Virus record (IMG/VR): IMGVR_UViG_2639763153_000002
Source: a virus
Taxonomy: Duplodnaviria; Heunggongvirae; Uroviricota; Caudoviricetes
Direction: 5' to 3' (one strand)
Length of the DNA: 17,234 bases
Part shown: in pieces, positions 12,316 through 17,234 of the stretch
Layout: each line of letters starts with the position of its first letter
Position numbering within the stretch: the stretch's first letter is position 1
Made by a program: the position numbers and the translations under genes
The notes under the pieces: generated by a model
Told to the model about the DNA's origin: nothing
What the model saw: only the letters and a program-made list of their open reading frames with translations
Databases searched by the model: none

Positions 12316-14158
12316 AATTATCGTTGATAACTTTGCCGGAGGCGGCGGCGCTTCTACCGGGATTGAGATGGCTATTGGGCGTAGTGTCGATATTGCCATT
12401 AACCATGACGAAAATGCTGTGGCCATGCACCGGACGAATCACCCTGACACGCTTCATTATTGTGAGAACGTGTTTGACGTTGATCCTTTAGCCGCGACTG
12501 GCGGAAAGGCAGTCGGTTTTGCATGGTTCAGTCCAGATTGTACCCACTATTCAAAGGCGCGAGGCAGTAAACCTGTAAAACGTGAGATTCGCGGGCTGGC
12601 TTGGGTATCTGTTCGCTGGGCACTGGATGTTCGCCCTCGTGTAATGGCTCTCGAAAATGTTGAAGAGTTTAAAACGTGGGGCCCACTGCTTTCTTGTGAG
12701 ATGCGTCCTGATCCTGAGCGTTCGGGGGAAACATTCCGGGCATTTGTTGGAATGCTATCCACTGGAATACCTGATGATCACCCGGCGCTGTTCGAATGTT
12801 GCGAATTTCTAGGCATATCGCCGGCTAGCAAACAAGCTAAACGGCTGATTGCTGGCCTCGGGTATAAGGTCGAATATCGCGAACTTCGTGCCAGTGATTA
12901 TGGTGCGCCTACGATCCGCAAGCGATTCTTTATGTTGATGCGTTGCGACGATAAACCCATTGTCTGGCCTGAGGCTTCGCATGGTGACCCTAAATCGACC
13001 GCGGTGCTGACAGGTAAACTGGCGGCATGGAGGACAGCTGCTGAATGCATCGACTGGTCCATTCCTACACCATCGATATTTGACCGCAAAAAGCCTCTTG
13101 CAGTTAACACGTTGAAGCGTATAGCTCGGGGTATCCAGAGATTTGTGGTCGATAGCGATAACCCATTCATCGTGAAATGCAACCACACCACGACGCGCGG
13201 TAAATATGATTGTTTCCGTGGACAGGCGTTGTATTCGCCGATACAGACAATTACCAAAACCCACGGCTACGCGCTGGCTATACCTACTCTGGCACCGTTT
13301 ATGGCTGGAAGTGGTGGTAGCCAGTACCAGGCGAAACCGCGTCCACTCAACAAACCAGCGCATACCATCCTTAAGCAATCTCGAGCATGCATAGTTGCGC
13401 CGGTGATCGCGCGCCAGTTCGGCGGCAGTATCGGCCACCGGGCAGATGAGCCCAGCGCTACGATTACCGCTGGTGGTGGGGGTAAGTCTCAGTTAGCCAT
13501 GGCCACGCTTATTCAGATGGGGTATGGCGAACGGGTGGGGCAATCGCCGCGGGTTCTCAATCTTGGTAAACCGTTGGGTACTGTTACAGCTGGGGGCAAT
13601 AAGTTTGCCGTAACAACTGCGTTCCTGGCGAAACACTATGGCGGGAACTACACCGGTCCGGGCGTTGCGCTTGATGAGCCAGCTCACTCAGTTACTACCG
13701 TTGATCATCATGCTCTTGTGGCATCGCACCTGGTAAAACTGCGTGGTACCTGCCGTGATGGTCAGCGTACCGATGAACCGATGCCGACAATCACCGCTGG
13801 AGGTCAGCATGTGGGAGAGGTTAGCGCGCTGTTGGCAGCTAATGATTACGACGAGCGGCGTGCGGATCAAGTTAAAGAGTTCCTCAATTCTTTTGGCGTC
13901 AGCGAACTGGTGACGATTAAGGGCATCGTTTACCGCATTGTTGACATCGGAATGCGCATGCTGCAGCCACATGAACTTTACCGCGCTCAAGGATTCCCGG
14001 ACTGGTACATCATCGACCGGGACTACCGCGGCGTGAAGTATTCGAAGGAAAAACAAGTTGCGCGCTGCGGAAATGCCGTTCCGCCCCCGTTCGCTGAGGC
14101 GCTGGTTAGGGCCAATCTGCCGGAAATGTGCATTAACAAACAGGAGCGAGCCGCGTGA
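12308..14158 (+). CDS. C5 cytosine DNA methyltransferase, phage type, with a long repetitive variable region, 616 aa
   Basis: DNFAGGGG (motif I), SPDC (catalytic Cys), ENV, RKR, YRAQGFP and CGNAV motifs; start at MREIIVD. Confidence 0.93.
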   Translation: MREIIVDNFAGGGGASTGIEMAIGRSVDIAINHDENAVAMHRTNHPDTLHYCENVFDVDPLAATGGKAVGFAWFSPDCTHYSKARGSKPVKREIRGLAWVSVRWALDVRPRVMALENVEEFKTWGPLLSCEMRPDPERSGETFRAFVGMLSTGIPDDHPALFECCEFLGISPASKQAKRLIAGLGYKVEYRELRASDYGAPTIRKRFFMLMRCDDKPIVWPEASHGDPKSTAVLTGKLAAWRTAAECIDWSIPTPSIFDRKKPLAVNTLKRIARGIQRFVVDSDNPFIVKCNHTTTRGKYDCFRGQALYSPIQTITKTHGYALAIPTLAPFMAGSGGSQYQAKPRPLNKPAHTILKQSRACIVAPVIARQFGGSIGHRADEPSATITAGGGGKSQLAMATLIQMGYGERVGQSPRVLNLGKPLGTVTAGGNKFAVTTAFLAKHYGGNYTGPGVALDEPAHSVTTVDHHALVASHLVKLRGTCRDGQRTDEPMPTITAGGQHVGEVSALLAANDYDERRADQVKEFLNSFGVSELVTIKGIVYRIVDIGMRMLQPHELYRAQGFPDWYIIDRDYRGVKYSKEKQVARCGNAVPPPFAEALVRANLPEMCINKQERAA

Positions 14159-14631
14159 TGAAGTTAACTCTCAGGCAGCAGGAGGTTCTGAACCTCCTGA
14201 TCGACTACCAGCGTAAGCATGGTTTCCCGCCTACTACCTACGAACTGACCGGCATGCTGGGGTGCCGGTCCCCCAATGCGGCAGCAACCCACCTGAAGGC
14301 ACTGGAGAGAAAAGGGGCCATCACAATCACCCGCGGGGTATCCCGCGGTATCAGCATCACTCCTTCGGTTTCCCGAAAGGAGCTGGTCGTTAACCTCAAC
14401 AGCATCGTGAAAGTGAAACTTAATGAAGTTTCCCTCAGTCATTTGGAAAAACAACACGAAGAGAACCGTATACGTTATCCGGGGATATTCGGCGAGTTTG
14501 TACCGTTGGCGACAGACGAAAATGGCTACTCGTCAATGACCCTATGGCGCCTTATGTCTGACCTGGGACAGCTTTGCTATTGCGGAGGGGAGGTTCCCTT
14601 TGAGCTCAAGTTGATTTTGGAGGATGAATGA
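14158..14631 (+). CDS. LexA-type DNA-binding domain fused to an unrelated C-terminal domain (no S24 peptidase)
   Basis: LTLRQQEVLNLL...GFPPTTYEL...GCRSPNAAATHLKALERKGAI.ITRGVSRGI; TGATG coupling to the C5 MTase. Confidence 0.85.
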   Translation: MKLTLRQQEVLNLLIDYQRKHGFPPTTYELTGMLGCRSPNAAATHLKALERKGAITITRGVSRGISITPSVSRKELVVNLNSIVKVKLNEVSLSHLEKQHEENRIRYPGIFGEFVPLATDENGYSSMTLWRLMSDLGQLCYCGGEVPFELKLILEDE

Positions 14632-15026
14632 AATTTATTCTTCCGTTCCCGCCCAGCGTCAATACCTACTGGCGATCCCCAAATAAGGGGCCCGCAAAAG
14701 GTAAACACCTCGTCAGCGCTGCAGGCCGAAAATTCAAACATGCAGTACGGTCAGCGGTCATTGAGCAACTGCGTGCAATTCCAAAACCTTCAACCGCGCC
14801 AGCAGCCGTAGAAATTTTACTTTTCCCGCCGGACTACCGCCGGCGCGATTTGGACAATTACAACAAATCTCTGCTCGATTCTTTGACCTATGCCGGGATC
14901 TGGGAGGATGACAACCAGGTCAAGCGCATGGTTGTTGAATGGGGTGAAAATGTTAAGGGGGGGCGGGTAGAAATCACTATATCAGCGTATAAAAAAATGC
15001 TGGATGTTTGTTCAGTGGTAGGTTGA
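14628..15026 (+). CDS. rusA: RusA Holliday junction resolvase
   Basis: LPFPPSVNTYWR N-terminus; RRDLDN.NK.LLD.L...EDD.QV catalytic Asp motif. Confidence 0.93.
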   Translation: MKFILPFPPSVNTYWRSPNKGPAKGKHLVSAAGRKFKHAVRSAVIEQLRAIPKPSTAPAAVEILLFPPDYRRRDLDNYNKSLLDSLTYAGIWEDDNQVKRMVVEWGENVKGGRVEITISAYKKMLDVCSVVG

Positions 15027-15115
15027 AGACTATGCAATCAGGCATTAATCTCAAGGTGTGTAAACGAACCGGGCGTGCAGGCCCGATCGTCACGTTAAAG
15101 TGTATGGAGATAAGT

Positions 15116-15937
15116 ATGGCTAACCACGTTATGGGCTATGGTGCGCCCAAAAACCACTCTCATTTGGCGATTGAAGGTATTTTCGTTCGCCGGGATGCGG
15201 CAGGTCGATTTTGTTTAAATGACTTTCAGCGCGCAGCTGGTGGAGAAGAACGTCATAATCCTAACCGCTGGCTTCGGTCCGAGAGGGCAGCTCAGTTGAT
15301 TGCTGAGCTAACGCCAGATATGGCGTTTGCTCCTGTCGATGTTGTGAGAGGAGGGATCAACCCTGGGACATACGCCTGCAAGGAATTGGTGTATGCCTAT
15401 GCTATGTGGATTAGCGCCGCCTTCAATCTGAAAGTCATCAGAACGTTTGATGCGGTGCAAAATACTATGACAACGCTGACCTCCGATCGTATTCAGGCTG
15501 GTGTCATTTTGCTGGAGTCAGCATCCCGAACATTAAACCTCTCCAATTCTTCCAAACTTGGTGCTTACCAGAAATTGCAACAGGCGGCCGGGCTTCCAGA
15601 TTTAATGCCTGCTTATGCGATTGATGCTCCAGCCGGCGCCATGGATGGATCCAGTCGGCCCACACTCTCGCTTAGTGCTCTGCTTAAAACCCATGGGATA
15701 CGGCTAACTGCAAACCAGGCATATCACTTAATGGCTCGTGCCGGGATCGTGGATAAGAAGGAACGGCAAAGCCTGAGCGGATTAAACGGAGTAAAAAAAT
15801 TCTGGTCTGTAACAGCCAAAGGCTGCCTTTACGGGAAAAATATCACCAGCCCTGCGAATCCCCGGGAGACTCAGCCACATTTTTTTGAATCAAAATTTCC
15901 CGAGCTTCTGAGACTGCTCGGCATTGTCACGCAGTAG
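15116..15937 (+). CDS. KilA-N domain DNA-binding protein (antirepressor/Roi-like), 273 aa
   Basis: GRFCLNDF.RAAG...PNRWLR...GTYACKELVYAYAMWISAAFNLKVIRTFD; GGAG RBS; start trimmed from 15008. Confidence 0.88.
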   Translation: MANHVMGYGAPKNHSHLAIEGIFVRRDAAGRFCLNDFQRAAGGEERHNPNRWLRSERAAQLIAELTPDMAFAPVDVVRGGINPGTYACKELVYAYAMWISAAFNLKVIRTFDAVQNTMTTLTSDRIQAGVILLESASRTLNLSNSSKLGAYQKLQQAAGLPDLMPAYAIDAPAGAMDGSSRPTLSLSALLKTHGIRLTANQAYHLMARAGIVDKKERQSLSGLNGVKKFWSVTAKGCLYGKNITSPANPRETQPHFFESKFPELLRLLGIVTQ

Positions 15938-15940
15938 GGG

Positions 15941-17005
15941 ATGATCTTGCGCGGATTACTAACACCAGAGATTGTGCCCCGCCTCGGCGTAGTGCTCTTT
16001 AAACCGGGAAAGGATCTGATGAGCCTCTTTGCTCAGGGGCGCGTTCTAATAACTCCTCAGCCCGAGTACATGGCCGGTTTTCCGACGGGGAAAGTGCCTG
16101 ACGCTCGCCAGCCGTTATCCGTAGATCGCAGCCTTATTCCTTTCTTTACCGATTCACGTGTCGTCACAGCTGCGGGAGGTATTGAGGGGCTGGAGCGATG
16201 GCTTAGCCTGGGTGTCAGACAATGCCAGAATCATGATGAGGGATATCACCACATCGAAACAGTCATCTTAAGGCAAGATCCAGGCTCCGTTTTATTATGC
16301 TGGCATTGCGACAATAAGCTTCGAGATGAGCCGGATCCGGCGATCAAGGAAATAGCAAGCCGTAATGTTATCGACTGGGTCATCGATATGGTCCTGCTTT
16401 CGCTTGGATGCACCCGGGAAAGGACATTATCCCTGGCAGAGTTGTGCTGGTGGGCTGTTCAGTCTGGGATTTCTGATGCGATAACGGAGGCTATGGCTGA
16501 AAAGGCCTTGCGGATAGCTCCAGAGCCGCACCGTTCGGTATACAGGGACAGCGACATCATCCCAGCAATACCCGCGGCCGACATACTTAAAAGACGTCTG
16601 GATAAGAGGAAAAGCCATGTCATAACAAGGGATCTGGAGACGGGTGATCAGGGTGCTGAGAATTCTATTCTACGGTTGGGCGTGGATCCGGAATGCCCTG
16701 AAGCATTTATGTTGCGACCGAAGCGCCGGCGCTGGATTTGCCCTGTATACACCCAGTGGGTAAAAACACAGGAATGTGCCTGCTGTAGGCAACCAGCTGA
16801 CGATCCACACCATATAATAGGGCATGGTATGGGAGGAACAGCAACCAAAGCCCATGACCTGTTCGTGATACCGCTGTGCAGAGCGCATCACGATGAACTA
16901 CATGCCAACCTCATCGCATTTGAAGAGAAGTATGGTTCGCAGCTGGAGCTGCTAATCCGTTTTCTTGATCGTGCGCTTGGCATTGGCGTCATTTTTAAAG
17001 AATAA
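15941..17005 (+). CDS. DUF968 (YdfU-like) phage protein with a C-terminal Cys/His motif
   Basis: LCWHCDN and CACC...DDPHHIIGHG.GG..TKAHDLF.IPLCR.HHDELH; typical position before Q. Confidence 0.88.
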   Translation: MILRGLLTPEIVPRLGVVLFKPGKDLMSLFAQGRVLITPQPEYMAGFPTGKVPDARQPLSVDRSLIPFFTDSRVVTAAGGIEGLERWLSLGVRQCQNHDEGYHHIETVILRQDPGSVLLCWHCDNKLRDEPDPAIKEIASRNVIDWVIDMVLLSLGCTRERTLSLAELCWWAVQSGISDAITEAMAEKALRIAPEPHRSVYRDSDIIPAIPAADILKRRLDKRKSHVITRDLETGDQGAENSILRLGVDPECPEAFMLRPKRRRWICPVYTQWVKTQECACCRQPADDPHHIIGHGMGGTATKAHDLFVIPLCRAHHDELHANLIAFEEKYGSQLELLIRFLDRALGIGVIFKE

Positions 17006-17023
17006 GTGTATGGAGTGATTAGC

Positions 17024-17234
17024 ATGAAACTTGAATCATTACCGAAATTTTATTCCCCAAAGTCACCAAAGCTTAATGATGAAACACCGGACACTGGTGG
17101 AACTTCTCTAACGATTACTGATGTTATGGCTGCGCAAGCTATGGCGTCTGTCCAGGCTCGATTTGGCTTCAATTTGTTTCTCGCAAAAATGGGTATTCAG
17201 GATCCAGAGCCGGCTATCGAGCAACTAACAAGTT
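17024..17234 (+). CDS. Q: Late antiterminator Q, lambda-Q family (5' part only; runs off the window)
   Basis: MKLESLPKFYSPKSPKLND...LTITDVMAAQAMA..QARFG, similar to lambda Q (MRLESVAKFHSPKSP...TDVMAAMGMAQSQAGFG); GGAG RBS. Confidence 0.88.
   Translation, partial: MKLESLPKFYSPKSPKLNDETPDTGGTSLTITDVMAAQAMASVQARFGFNLFLAKMGIQDPEPAIEQLTS

Larger units (their letters stand above)
1..17234. mobile_element. Lambdoid prophage early region (e14/SfV/ST64B/CPS-53-like), int through the start of Q; both prophage ends lie outside the window
   Basis: Canonical gene order int-xis-[pL genes]-cI-cro-ymfL-rep-MTases-rusA-KilA-N-DUF968-Q, divergent around cI/cro. Confidence 0.97.

Noticed and set aside
11371-14457. 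Minus-strand ORFs opposite the MTases and the LexA-like gene (e.g. 11371-11796, 12809-13438, 13688-14056, 14164-14457)
   Set aside because: Shadow ORFs of well-supported plus-strand genes

Overview
The whole window is the early half of a lambdoid prophage of the e14/SfV/ST64B/CPS-53 type from an enterobacterium. The leftward (pL) operon runs: structured non-coding leader, yfdP, yfdQ, yfdR (HD hydrolase), a ParB-like gene, small hypotheticals, xis, int. The immunity region has a LexA-like cI, cro and 17-bp TGTACC-N5-GGTACA operators. The rightward operon runs: ymfL, DUF4222, replication initiator with iterons, PerC, Dam-like and C5 methyltransferases, a LexA-DBD fusion, rusA, KilA-N, DUF968 and the start of a lambda-type Q. 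Three accessory inserts interrupt this backbone. (1) At 6062-6730, a two-TM (SLATT-like) membrane gene is flanked by two unannotated paralogous proline-rich micropeptide ORFs (HxPPFxRP motif) and bracketed by a 12-bp inverted repeat next to an rrn-type boxA. (2) At about 3543-3901, an antisense mini transcription unit carries its own promoter, a sequestered hydrophobic sORF, a tRNA-like 3' end and a terminator. (3) At 7942-8691, a 750-bp insert sits between codons 2 and 3 of ymfL and carries two antisense-overlapping ORFs. The pL leader also holds three CACAAC...GTTGTG stem cassettes and a DicF-like hairpin. The Dam-like gene is split by an in-frame amber codon. Family assignments come from recognising sequences by eye; no database searches were run.
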